DNA of 64,000 bases from a virus (IMGVR_UViG_2645727892_000011:2667-66666); one strand, 5' to 3'. Shown: positions 9,641 through 18,236, counted from the first letter of the stretch. Numbers and translations: made by a program. The notes: a model not told the origin generated them from the sequence alone.

Positions 9641-9971
9641 GGTCTTCATCCTCTTTGGGGTCGTCATCGCAATGCAGGGCGCTGCGATGGATGAGAAGGG
9701 AGCAATAGCCGGGGCTGTCGCCAGCTGTCCGGCAGTCAATGCGGTGGACGGTGCCGCCGGCGCGGGTGCGGCTTGTGACGGCGAAGGCTGGAAGCCCGGG
9801 CAAGTGCTCCAGGCCGGGGATGGGTTTTTCACTGAGCAGGGGCGAGTGGCCGTTCTGCTTCGCCATGCGGGCAGCGATCTTTGGAGAAACGCCGATGGCT
9901 TGACCTAGCCGCGCGGCGGTTGCGCCAGAGCCGAAGACTCTCAGGAATTCAAAGGGATCTTGAAAACGCAT
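9633..9971 (-). CDS. Hypothetical phage protein
   Basis: GAGG RBS; overlaps the next gene. Confidence 0.55.
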   Translation of the reverse strand: MRFQDPFEFLRVFGSGATAARLGQAIGVSPKIAARMAKQNGHSPLLSEKPIPGLEHLPGLPAFAVTSRTRAGGTVHRIDCRTAGDSPGYCSLLIHRSALHCDDDPKEDEDHE

Positions 9972-10034
9972 GAAATTGACCTCTAGCGCATATCTATAAA
10001 GCGCTTGCAGCTATCAAAATTGAGTCGATCGCGC

Positions 10035-10214
10035 TCACATGGGCCAGGCGTCAGGAGTCTTTGCGATCACCACGGCCACGCCAATCAGGCAGAAGAAGCC
10101 GAAGAGCGTCAGCGCCCACTGCAGGGCGATCAGTAGCTTTGTTCCAGGGTCGGGGCGATCAGAAGCAGGGCGGCGATCAGCAGCACGAGGGCGATGGTGG
10201 GGATGCGCGGCCAT
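10035..10214 (-). CDS. Small membrane protein
   Basis: LLIALQWALTLFGFFCLIGVAVVIA transmembrane segment. Confidence 0.45.
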   Translation of the reverse strand: MAAHPHHRPRAADRRPASDRPDPGTKLLIALQWALTLFGFFCLIGVAVVIAKTPDAWPM

Positions 10215-10506
10215 TTCACAGGCCCCCCTTCTCGCGCAGGCGTTGCACGATGTCGTCATCAATGGGCTGGGGGTCGGCGTTGAGGTGCATGGAATCTCCT
10301 GTGGGCAAAGAAAAAGCCCGCGAGCGTTTGCTGCGGGCTTGAATAAAGAGCCGGTGACCTTTCGGGTCTGCCTGGGGAATGGTTCAGAGAGGGACGGCGG
10401 AGGAGAAGCCCCAGACCCGGCTGAAAAGTTAGATGGCGCAGCTTCCTTCTGCCCGATGAGGGTCAGGCAGAAGAAATGCGCACTTGGGTTAATAAAAGGT
10501 TGCTGC

Positions 10507-10834
10507 GCCATCTGGCGTGACCACTGTCGCCACGACGCAAAGCGCCGAGTTCGTGACTGCCGCCAGCCCAGGCCCATTCCTGTGCTGCCGTACCTGCTCG
10601 AGCAGTCACGCCAGATAGCCCCCGCTACTTTCCCGGGGTGTTCATGATGGGCACCTAAGACCGGTGCGATTACCCTCTTGCAGTAGTCCAGCCGGGCCTT
10701 GCAGGCCTGGTTTGTAAGAACCGGGGAGCCGACCCCCGGCACCATCATCTAGGAGGCTGACACACATGCCGTTTCCGCCTTGCGTTTCCGTAGAGGGCTT
10801 TGGTTCAGTCAGTGCGCAGCCGCCTAGATGATGG
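10507..10834 (-). ncRNA. Candidate structured leader RNA (three long-stem elements)
   Basis: 19-bp stem 10507-10619 that is fully paired only on the minus strand (G-U pairs); 17/18-bp stem 10742-10834; multibranch element 10644-10748. Confidence 0.5.
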
Positions 10835-10924
10835 CCCCGCTAAAGCCCTGCGGGGGAAGGCACATGCATGCCGCATGCTGGCTAAACGCTCACATTTTTG
10901 AATCTCCGTTGCTCACATGGGCGC

Positions 10925-11482
10925 CTATGCATTCAGCAAGTGCGCCTTGATGAAGGGCCCGAAAAATGGGTTGTCGCCTTTTTTGTATTCCAGGCGGATG
11001 CGGTCGCCGGGGTGGAAGCCACCAGGCGGCGCGATATGGGCATCCACTCGAACGTCAAATCCCATGTCTCCACTGCGCACAGTCAGGCTCCAGGCTCCGC
11101 TGACGAATTGCTCGGCGCATTGCACTGTGGCGCCCAGGAAAGAGGTCTGCAGGGTGGCTGTCACCACCTCGTCCTGCTTTTTGGCAGGCATCAGGTTGCC
11201 CACCTTCTTAGGCAGCTCAGCCCACGCAAGGGTTTCGTCGGGGCCCTCGTTGTCGCGCAGAGGGCGAAGTTCGATATCACGATAGACGACGGTATTTCGC
11301 GGGTCGGGAGGGCAAGTGCGGTCGCCAAACTTGAAGGTGGAGAGGGGGCGCCCAACCCAGTCGGCAGGGATCGAGTGAGCTCCCGGTGTGGCGCGGCCGA
11401 GGATTTCCAGTAGACAGCCGTTGTTGACGGGGTACTCCAAGTCGTTGACGACGATAGCCAAATCACCAGGCTTGCACTGCAT
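10925..11482 (-). CDS. Hypothetical protein, probably SOS-regulated
   Basis: GGAGAG RBS before MQCKPGDLAIVV; LexA box just upstream. Confidence 0.7.
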   Translation of the reverse strand: MQCKPGDLAIVVNDLEYPVNNGCLLEILGRATPGAHSIPADWVGRPLSTFKFGDRTCPPDPRNTVVYRDIELRPLRDNEGPDETLAWAELPKKVGNLMPAKKQDEVVTATLQTSFLGATVQCAEQFVSGAWSLTVRSGDMGFDVRVDAHIAPPGGFHPGDRIRLEYKKGDNPFFGPFIKAHLLNA

Positions 11483-11496
11483 TTTCTCTCCAATCA

Positions 11497-11512
11497 CTGT
11501 GTATTTGTACAG
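11497..11512. promoter_or_regulatory. LexA (SOS) box
   Basis: CTGT-GTATTTGT-ACAG matches CTGT-N8-ACAG. Confidence 0.8.
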
Positions 11513-11549
11513 TATCTTAGAGCGAGGTATGGGCCTGGTCAACGTTTAA

Positions 11550-11563
11550 ATATCACTTGATAC
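11550..11563. promoter_or_regulatory. Distal repressor operator
   Basis: ATATCACTTGATAC, same palindrome as the OL/OR sites. Confidence 0.6.
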
Positions 11564-11950
11564 GGTCGGGTTCTGAGTACTAAAACGATCATTTAGCTTG
11601 AAAAGTTGCATATCTGTAGCGATCAACCCGCAGCCCCGCACGCGATGCTGTGGGTTGATCCCGGGTAACGCTCCGGGCGGCGCCGCTGTCGCGGTGGGCT
11701 TTTCTTTTCTTGGCATCCCTGTATGCCTCACCCCCGTACTTAGCCCCAGGGTCTGGACTTCGCGTGACCTTTGATGTTCCTGTTGCCGATCCCATCCAGG
11801 GGCAGAGCAGTACTGACTACAGCGCACGACGACCTTTTGTATCCCGCTATCGCCCGCGGTGCCCTGTGTTTACCCAGCCGTGCGGCTGCATGATCCTGGG
11901 CGCTGGCTCGATCACTTTGCACCCGTCGCGCTGGTTTGGCGACGGGATTT

Positions 11951-11992
11951 AATGTATCAAATGATATTGATTGATGCAATATCAAAAGATAC
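11951..11992 (-). promoter_or_regulatory. pL promoter with two operators
   Basis: Minus strand TTGCAT-N17-TACATT; operators GTATCAAATGATAT (11954-11967) and ATATCAAAAGATAC (11979-11992). Confidence 0.8.
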
Positions 11993-12002
11993 TTTTTTGA
12001 CG

Positions 12003-12027
12003 AAAAAAAAGCCGACAACTGTCGGCT
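12003..12027 (-). terminator. Intrinsic terminator downstream of cI and the SOS-box gene
   Basis: AGCCGACA/TGTCGGCT stem followed by a T8 run on the minus strand. Confidence 0.75.
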
Positions 12028-12045
12028 GGTTACATCATTAGGTCT

Positions 12046-12288
12046 TTAACTTCCGGTGGTCATGGCTTCATTGGCTTCGTGAAGCATGCTGGCAATGAGG
12101 CGCAGAGTTGTGTGCAGACTGGCGTTCTCGTCCTTGATGTTCATTGCGCAGAGCTCGGCCAAGTCTGCAGCCGTTTCCAGCCGCCCTCGGCAGAATGCTT
12201 CCCGCTCTTGCTTGGTAGCAAGGCACAGCGTCCCTCCTCCATGGTGGAAAAGCTGTATGGACTCCTCTGAGGAGGGGCTGCTGCTCAC
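12046..12288 (-). CDS. Small LexA-controlled protein, candidate antirepressor
   Basis: GAGGT RBS plus GTG start; has its own SOS box; lies directly downstream of cI. Confidence 0.6.
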   Translation of the reverse strand: MSSSPSSEESIQLFHHGGGTLCLATKQEREAFCRGRLETAADLAELCAMNIKDENASLHTTLRLIASMLHEANEAMTTGS

Positions 12289-12306
12289 AAATACCTCATG
12301 AAAATA

Positions 12307-12322
12307 CTGTTGTTACGTACAG
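12307..12322. promoter_or_regulatory. LexA (SOS) box
   Basis: TA-CTGT-TGTTACGT-ACAG-TA. Confidence 0.85.
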
Positions 12323-12376
12323 TATTCATGGGCGAAGCGAGTTTGTCAATTTGTCGGAATGTCAAAAAATCGGGTG

Positions 12377-12712
12377 TTACGCGCGTGTTTGTGGCAGATC
12401 CAGCATGCCGCGCAGCAGGTTTTCTATGCGTCGAACCTCAGCGGGCTCCAGTTTTGCGATGGCTGCTACCACTTCCCGCGAGAGTGCCCGCTCCTGGAAT
12501 TTTGTGTCGCTAAACCAGCCTGTGGCGCCAGGAAGTTGCTCGCAGAGAACGATAGTTTTTTCAGTGATCGGCCGAATGCCTGAAATCATGTGGTTCACAT
12601 AACCACCATCTTTGTACCCCAGCGCACGACCCAAGGCGGCGCGCCCACCCATGTGATCAGCTAACGCAGCTAGGCGCTCGCGTCTAAAGGTGTCAACAGC
12701 ATCTTTGTCCAT
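12377..12712 (-). CDS. CI-like repressor (HTH only, no S24 peptidase domain)
   Basis: RRERLAAL..GGRAALGRALG...VNHMISG.RPITEKT...GWF; divergent from cro; probably leaderless (TATCCT-N6-ATG). Confidence 0.8.
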   Translation of the reverse strand: MDKDAVDTFRRERLAALADHMGGRAALGRALGYKDGGYVNHMISGIRPITEKTIVLCEQLPGATGWFSDTKFQERALSREVVAAIAKLEPAEVRRIENLLRGMLDLPQTRA

Positions 12713-12732
12713 CCGAACAGGATAGACAGGCC

Positions 12733-12798
12733 GTATCTTATGGTACAGATCTGACAACATATCAAAAGGTACGCAATAAGTATCAAAAGATATAGAAT
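12733..12798. promoter_or_regulatory. OR operators / pR-pRM region
   Basis: GTATCTTATGGTAC (12733), ATATCAAAAGGTAC (12759), GTATCAAAAGATAT (12780); -10 TAGAAT 6 nt before the cro ATG. Confidence 0.8.
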
Positions 12799-12804
12799 CT
12801 GGGT

Positions 12805-13086
12805 ATGAGCAAACTTAAGCCATGCCCTGAACTGAGGACGTACCTTGAGTCCGAAGGTGCGCTATCCATAGCCCAGCTCCGTGAGAGCGTTGGCGCGAAG
12901 AAAGACGACCAGATTCGTCATTGGCGGGATGGCATTCGTCGTCCGAAGCCGATAACTGCGGTTGCCATTGAGCAGGCAACGCAGGGAGCAGTCCCGCGCC
13001 AAGTCTGGTATCCCAAAGACTGGGAGCAAATTTGGCCTGAGCTGGCGCAGCCATCCACCTCGACGAAGGAGGGCGGCAATGTCTGA
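12805..13086 (+). CDS. cro: Cro/YdaS-like repressor
   Basis: QIRHW..G.RRP....AVAIEQATQGAVPR...PKDWEQIWPELA. Confidence 0.85.
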   Translation: MSKLKPCPELRTYLESEGALSIAQLRESVGAKKDDQIRHWRDGIRRPKPITAVAIEQATQGAVPRQVWYPKDWEQIWPELAQPSTSTKEGGNV

Positions 13087-13166
13087 TTCCCGCTTCCCTG
13101 CTGAATTAACGCCAGCAGAAATCATTCGAGAAAAGCTGGCTGCCAGCTTGGCGCTAGTGGATGGCG

Positions 13167-13436
13167 TCAGCCCTTGTTCTCTGGAATCGCGCCCAGCCAC
13201 TCCACCAAAGTCCTGGTTGCCTCTTGCTGGGCTGGGGATAGGTTTTTCATCAGCGCTTGCGCTTCTGGCGCTGCTTGTAGCTCTAGATATCGCGACAGGA
13301 ACAGGTGGAACTTCGTCTGATCGGGATGGTTCGCGATGAGAGCGATCACCGCCATCTGCAGCCCCGCACTTTCGGCTTCGAGCAAGTTGATGCGCTCCTT
13401 CATTTCCATGAACTGCTGCGTTTCTTCTGGAGTCAT
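13167..13436 (-). CDS. Antisense small helical protein
   Basis: Amphipathic protein-like sequence; overlaps plus-strand ORF 13079-13339. Confidence 0.45.
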   Translation of the reverse strand: MTPEETQQFMEMKERINLLEAESAGLQMAVIALIANHPDQTKFHLFLSRYLELQAAPEAQALMKNLSPAQQEATRTLVEWLGAIPENKG

Positions 13437-13525
13437 TTTTTCGTCCGCCCTTCGCGGGAATGGTTGTGTAGGAACTTCCATTCTGCCCTGCGAGGTGGCG
13501 GGCACCCATTTCAAGGAGGTCACAC

Positions 13526-13972
13526 ATGGCTGACTCCACCAAGCGCATAGCGCCACTCACTCACCTGTCCAAGGCTCAGAACACTGCGCTTGCTGCTGTA
13601 GTCGATGCGCTCAAGGGTCTGCCCCCCGAGGACGCGCAGGAGGTCTTGGACCATGCGATCGAGCACCTGGCTGGTGACGAGCCCGCCCCCATGTTTGCCC
13701 GCGGCATTGCCGGTCCTCTGGGCAAGCTGACCTGCGACGCCAAGACCAAGATTGATGAAGTCACGCACGAACTGTGGCTGCAGCACTGCAACCAGCGCGG
13801 GCAGGACACGGCTGGTGTGCTGCGCGACTGCATCTACGCCCTGGTGCACGGCAAGACCTACAGGCAAATGGTGGTGGAGAAGATCAACCATGACGACAAG
13901 CGTATCGGAGCGCTTGCCCAGCTCATAGGTCCATTTGGGGCCCCCGAACTCATGGGGGAGCGCAAGCAATGA
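13526..13972 (+). CDS. CII-position regulatory protein (RHH-like)
   Basis: AAGGAGGT RBS; LGKLT...KTKIDE...AGVLRDCIYALVHG; located between cro and replication genes. Confidence 0.6.
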   Translation: MADSTKRIAPLTHLSKAQNTALAAVVDALKGLPPEDAQEVLDHAIEHLAGDEPAPMFARGIAGPLGKLTCDAKTKIDEVTHELWLQHCNQRGQDTAGVLRDCIYALVHGKTYRQMVVEKINHDDKRIGALAQLIGPFGAPELMGERKQ

Positions 13973-14823
13973 ATCTGACTTCGACCATGGTGTCATCTGG
14001 GCTCAAAAATGAGCCGACATTCAACCGGCTCAAATCTGAGCCCGTCTTACAGGTTAGCGGAGCGACCATCACTATGACCAGCCTGGAGCTGGTGGACTTC
14101 ATCAACGAAGACCGCAAGGCGCGCGCTGAGGCTGTTGGCGCGCAATTCCCGTCCCCTGGCTTTGCCAAGCTGGAGCACAAGGATTTCCTCGCCAAAGTGC
14201 CCCAGGTATTGGGCCTCGACACATCGGAGAAATTTTCCGCCGATCTGCCTGACAGCTACGGACGCTCGCGCCGCGGCTACCGTTTCCCCAAGCGCGAAGC
14301 CTGTTTGATGGCCATGAGCTACAGCTACGAGTTGCAGGCCAAGGTCTTTGATCGCATGACGGCCTTGGAGCAATGTGGCCAGGCGCCCAAGATCGATAGC
14401 CACGAGGGCGCATTGTTGGCGCTTCAGCAGCTGACCGTCCAGCAACTTGCGCTGATTCAGGAAAACAAGCGCACGGCAGCCGAGCTGGCGCTGGCAGCAC
14501 CTAAAGCGGAGTACGTAGACCGCTACGTGGCGGCAAACGGCTCCATGGGCTTCAGGCAGGTTGCCAAGCTGCTGAACGCCAAGGAGCCGGAATTTCGCGC
14601 CTTCCTGGAGGACAGCAAGATCCTCTACCGCCTGGCTGGTGTGCTGACCCCGTACCAGAACCACATTGAGGCGGGCCGCTTTTCCATCAAGACCGGCGTC
14701 AGCCAAGTCAGCGAGCACGCCTTTGCACATGCGCGCTTCACCCCCAAGGGCGTTCAGTGGATTGCAGGCCTGTGGAGCCAGCACCAGGTGCGTCTGAAGC
14801 AGAGCGGCGAGGTGACAGCATGA
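13969..14823 (+). CDS. Rha-like N-terminus plus ANT/KilAC antirepressor protein
   Basis: MTSLELVDFIN...FPKREACLMAMSYS; APKAEYVDRYV...FRQVAKLL...FTPKG..WI. Confidence 0.85.
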   Translation: MNLTSTMVSSGLKNEPTFNRLKSEPVLQVSGATITMTSLELVDFINEDRKARAEAVGAQFPSPGFAKLEHKDFLAKVPQVLGLDTSEKFSADLPDSYGRSRRGYRFPKREACLMAMSYSYELQAKVFDRMTALEQCGQAPKIDSHEGALLALQQLTVQQLALIQENKRTAAELALAAPKAEYVDRYVAANGSMGFRQVAKLLNAKEPEFRAFLEDSKILYRLAGVLTPYQNHIEAGRFSIKTGVSQVSEHAFAHARFTPKGVQWIAGLWSQHQVRLKQSGEVTA

Positions 14824-15794
14824 GCACGATCAGCACCTATCTGGATCGCCCAATCGCATTTCAGCGTGTCTTTGTGGCTCTTGGCGCAGGCATCACCGGC
14901 GCCCTGCTGCTGAGCCAAGCCGTCTACTGGTCGCGCCGCAGTGGCGATGACTCGGGCTGGTTCTTCAAGACCCAGGTTGAATGGGAAGAAGAAACAGGCC
15001 TGACACGCCGCGAACAGGAGGGGGCCCGCAGCCGCTTGCAGTCGATGGGCCTGCTGCGCGAAGAGCGCCGAGGAATCCCCGCCAAGCTGTTCTACCGCGT
15101 GGACTTTGATGCCTTGCAATCAAGCTTGGACGAATGCGCCAAACAAGATTGCACGAAACCGCCAATCAAGGATGAGCAAAGCGAGCAAACAGGTACGCAC
15201 AAAACCGCCAAACAGGATCGCGCAAAACGTACAAGCAGGGCTGCGCAAAACCGCCAATCTAAATTAAGTAAGACTACAACAGAGACTACTTCAGAGACTA
15301 CGGCAGAGAGTAGTGCAGCCCTGGCTGAAGCCAAGGCTGAGCCGATGAGGGTGGAGGCTGGCGACGGGACGATCTACGAGATTCCCGCAGAGCTGCGTTA
15401 CCCCGGGCCTCACACCAAGAGCCACAAGGCGTGGGTGGCATACGCCATTGCCTACGAGAAGCGCTACGGCAGCTGGCCCCTCTGGAATGCCACGGTAGGC
15501 GGCCAGTTCATGAACTTCATCGACCGCGTGGGCGCCGAACTCGCTCCCCGTGTGGCTGTGCACTACGTTCGCCGCGTCAACGAGGAATTCGTTGTGAAGC
15601 AGATGCACCCGGTCAAGCTGCTGCAGTCGGATGCCGAGAAATGGGCGACCCAGCACCACACCGGCGCCAGCATGACCAGCACCCGTGCGAAGCAAGCCGA
15701 CCAGCTTGAGGCAAACGCCAGCGTGGCCGATGAGGCCATGGCCATCATCCGTGCCCAGCGTGCTGCGCAGCAAGGAGGCCTTGATGCTGAATGA
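14820..15794 (+). CDS. Phage replication initiator (O-like)
   Basis: DRPIAFQR...GALLLSQAVYW...WFFKT..EWEEETGLTRREQEGAR; internal iterons. Confidence 0.85.
   Translation: MSTISTYLDRPIAFQRVFVALGAGITGALLLSQAVYWSRRSGDDSGWFFKTQVEWEEETGLTRREQEGARSRLQSMGLLREERRGIPAKLFYRVDFDALQSSLDECAKQDCTKPPIKDEQSEQTGTHKTAKQDRAKRTSRAAQNRQSKLSKTTTETTSETTAESSAALAEAKAEPMRVEAGDGTIYEIPAELRYPGPHTKSHKAWVAYAIAYEKRYGSWPLWNATVGGQFMNFIDRVGAELAPRVAVHYVRRVNEEFVVKQMHPVKLLQSDAEKWATQHHTGASMTSTRAKQADQLEANASVADEAMAIIRAQRAAQQGGLDAE
15128..15262 (+). repeat. Replication-origin iterons, six copies at a 23-bp period
   Basis: Degenerate GCRCAAAACCGCCAAWCARG units at 15128, 15151, 15174, 15197, 15220 and 15243, then an A-rich tract. Confidence 0.8.
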
Positions 15795-16560
15795 TGCAGA
15801 GTTGGCCCGCTTGTGCGCGCAGCTGGCACTGACTGCGGAAGCCATGGGGCATGCCGTATCGGCCACCGCGGCCGCCATGATGGCCGATGACCTGAGCATT
15901 TACCCGCTGCCAGCCCTTGAGCGTGCCCTGAAGCGCGTTCGTGCTCAGCACACGGGCAAGCTCACCCTGAAGGCGGTCCTGGACCAGCTGGAGACACTGG
16001 CAGGCCGCCTGGCTCCAAGCGAAGCATGGGCGCTGGCGCTGAAATCCGCCGACGAGGCCGCCACGGTGGTATGGAGCGATGAGATCCAGCGCGCCTTTGA
16101 GCAAGCGCGCGGGATGCTGTCCGCTGGCGACAAGGTGGGCGCACGCATGGCCTTCATTGCCGCCTACGAGCGAATCACCACCACGGCCCGCGAGCAGCGC
16201 CAGCTGCCCGTGATTCAAGTCTCTATCGGCTGGGACGGCGCCCAGCGCCAGGAGGCCCTGACTCAAGCAGTCAATGCAGGCCTGTTGCCGCCGGCTGTGG
16301 CTGCAGAGCACTTGGATCGCCTGTCTCTTCCGGCACCTGTGTTCAACCCGATGGCATTACTGGAGGGCAAGCCCAGCACCACCATCGCGGCCCCATCCGA
16401 GCTGCGTGCTCGCCTTGATGACCTGCGCGACCAGTTCGCCCGCAAGGCAGGGCGCTTCACTAAGGCTCAGGTCCAGGCGCGTGCAGACCGCATTCGGCTG
16501 CTTCAGGACAAGCGCAGGGCCGCCGCCGCTGTGCAGGCCTACCAGCAGGAGGGCAGGTGA
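15784..16560 (+). CDS. Replication protein (P-position, helicase-loader-like)
   Basis: EAWA...DE..TVVW..EI...GDKVGARMAF..AYER; follows the initiator. Confidence 0.65.
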   Translation: MLNDAELARLCAQLALTAEAMGHAVSATAAAMMADDLSIYPLPALERALKRVRAQHTGKLTLKAVLDQLETLAGRLAPSEAWALALKSADEAATVVWSDEIQRAFEQARGMLSAGDKVGARMAFIAAYERITTTAREQRQLPVIQVSIGWDGAQRQEALTQAVNAGLLPPAVAAEHLDRLSLPAPVFNPMALLEGKPSTTIAAPSELRARLDDLRDQFARKAGRFTKAQVQARADRIRLLQDKRRAAAAVQAYQQEGR

Positions 16561-17120
16561 TGAATGCCAAACGATCTACCAACGCACTACCGCGCAGCCA
16601 GGGACCATCTGGTGCGGCTGGCAATGACGCCGGGATGGTGGCACTACTCAAGGCAAAGGGCTTTGGAGTTGGAAGAGGAATCCGTGACACATGGGCACGG
16701 CCTGTGGCCGGGAATGCGGGAAGCGGTGCGAGCCGAGCTCAAGCGCCTGGGGTTCAAGCCGCGGCCAAGCGATCTGGAGCCGGTGGAGCCAAGTACGGCA
16801 ACAAAAAGACCGTCACCCCCGATGGGGTGAAGTTCGACAGCAGGGCCGAGGCCCGCCGCTGGGGGCATCTGTGCATGCAGTTGCGCGCAGGGGAAATCAG
16901 CGAGCTGCGCCGCCAGGTGGCCTATGAGCTGGTGCCCGCTGTGAAGTACTCCGATGCGAGCCGCGTCAAGCCCGCTATCCGCTACGTGGCCGATTTCGTC
17001 TATGTGGAAAAGGGCGTGGAGGTGATCGAGGACGTGAAGGGCGTGCTGACCACCGAATTCAAGCTCAAGCGCCACCTGATGAAGGCTCTGCTGGGCCTGG
17101 AAGTGAGGTTGGTCAAATGA
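16557..17120 (+). CDS. DUF1064 endonuclease (true start uncertain)
   Basis: KYGNKKT...DG.KFDSRAEARR...YVADFVY...VIEDVKG. Confidence 0.85.
   Translation: MMNAKRSTNALPRSQGPSGAAGNDAGMVALLKAKGFGVGRGIRDTWARPVAGNAGSGASRAQAPGVQAAAKRSGAGGAKYGNKKTVTPDGVKFDSRAEARRWGHLCMQLRAGEISELRRQVAYELVPAVKYSDASRVKPAIRYVADFVYVEKGVEVIEDVKGVLTTEFKLKRHLMKALLGLEVRLVK
16564..16830 (+). CDS. Hypothetical protein overlapping the DUF1064 5' region
   Basis: Protein-like composition (HLVRLAMTPGWWHYSRQRALELE); GGAGG upstream. Confidence 0.5.
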   Translation: MPNDLPTHYRAARDHLVRLAMTPGWWHYSRQRALELEEESVTHGHGLWPGMREAVRAELKRLGFKPRPSDLEPVEPSTATKRPSPPMG

Positions 17121-17374
17121 TCAAGCCTTTGAACCCCGCCTTCTTTGGCAAGGTTGTGCCGCTGGCTGGCCAGCGCAAGCCGCCCAGCGCCTCGCGCATC
17201 ACGCGGCTGGTGTGGCCGGAATATGACCGCCTGCCGGATGGGCGCTACCTCATTGAGCGCTGGATGGAAAACCGCTGCTGCAACCGCATGCAGGTCGGCG
17301 CTCGCACTGTCTACGTGGTCAACGACTACGGTTTTTTGGTGCCTGTAGAGGACTGGGGGCGCGCATGGTACTGA
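17117..17374 (+). CDS. Hypothetical protein
   Basis: ATGA overlap; GC3-rich codons. Confidence 0.5.
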   Translation: MIKPLNPAFFGKVVPLAGQRKPPSASRITRLVWPEYDRLPDGRYLIERWMENRCCNRMQVGARTVYVVNDYGFLVPVEDWGRAWY

Positions 17375-17634
17375 GCCGCATTGACCAAGCCTTAGAGATT
17401 GAGCGCGAGCTCACCCGGGAGCGAGAGACGCGCGAGAGGATGCTGCGTGACTGGATGAAGCCACGCATCAAGCGGGTGGATGGCATTTGGGTTTGCACTG
17501 GGCGCGGTACCACAGCGACAGGGTTCAGCCCCTTGGCGGCCTACAGCAAGTGGTTGATGGCGCAGTCGCAAAGCTTCATCTACACGACAACGAATGCCGC
17601 ATATGGCACGGCATTGGAGAGGGGGTCATGCTGA
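17365..17634 (+). CDS. Hypothetical protein
   Basis: Overlapping operon ORF; KPRIKRVDGIWVC. Confidence 0.5.
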   Translation: MVLSRIDQALEIERELTRERETRERMLRDWMKPRIKRVDGIWVCTGRGTTATGFSPLAAYSKWLMAQSQSFIYTTTNAAYGTALERGSC

Positions 17635-18203
17635 TGCGCCGCTCCCCCCTCAAGCCCGGCAAGGGCTTCAAGTCTCGCGGTGGCTGGGCTGGCGCTGGGC
17701 TCCGTGATGAGCAGGACGAAGGCCACCATTACGAACCCGGTCAGGCTGGCAGCCGTGAGCAGCGCCTTGCCGAACGCGCCGCCCGCCAGATCGAGAGCGC
17801 CCTTGCAACGGCCAGCATGGTTCCCGAGAACGTCACCATGGCCCCCGGGGCTGGAACGACAGGCATAGCTGTGCTGAAAGAGAACGCCATCGAGAGCGAG
17901 CCCTACCGCCGCCTGGTGGCTGAGCTGCCTTGCTTTTGGTGCGGCATCAGCGGCTATAGCCAGCATGCCCATCTCAACTACGGCAAGGGCCTGGGCCTCA
18001 AGACAGACGACCGTACGGGGTTCCCCCTCTGCTGCAGCCGCCCTGGTATTGAGGGCTGCCATGTGGCCTATGACAACTACCGGCTGCTGGAGTCCGGAGG
18101 GCGCGAGGCCCACCGCGAGTACGGCATCGAAGCCGGCCGCTTTACCCGCGAGCAAATCCTGAAGGCTGGGCTCTGGCCCAAGAAGCTGCCCCTGTGGGGC
18201 TGA
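17634..18203 (+). CDS. Zn-binding HNH-like nuclease (DUF968/Ref-like)
   Basis: YRRLVAELPCFWCG...SQHAH...GLKTDD...PLC...CH..YD. Confidence 0.7.
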   Translation: MRRSPLKPGKGFKSRGGWAGAGLRDEQDEGHHYEPGQAGSREQRLAERAARQIESALATASMVPENVTMAPGAGTTGIAVLKENAIESEPYRRLVAELPCFWCGISGYSQHAHLNYGKGLGLKTDDRTGFPLCCSRPGIEGCHVAYDNYRLLESGGREAHREYGIEAGRFTREQILKAGLWPKKLPLWG

Positions 18204-18236
18204 TAAGCGTATCGAACCGATCATCCTGGAGCATCA

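Noticed and set aside
10035-10748. Long ORFs (237 aa minus, 202 aa plus) across the structured leader
   Set aside because: Not protein-like in composition; only the last 59 codons of the minus-strand ORF look coding
10760-10815. Hammerhead-like CTGA...GAAAC words on the minus strand
   Set aside because: The core reads CTGACTGA rather than CTGANGA, and the three required stems cannot be formed convincingly
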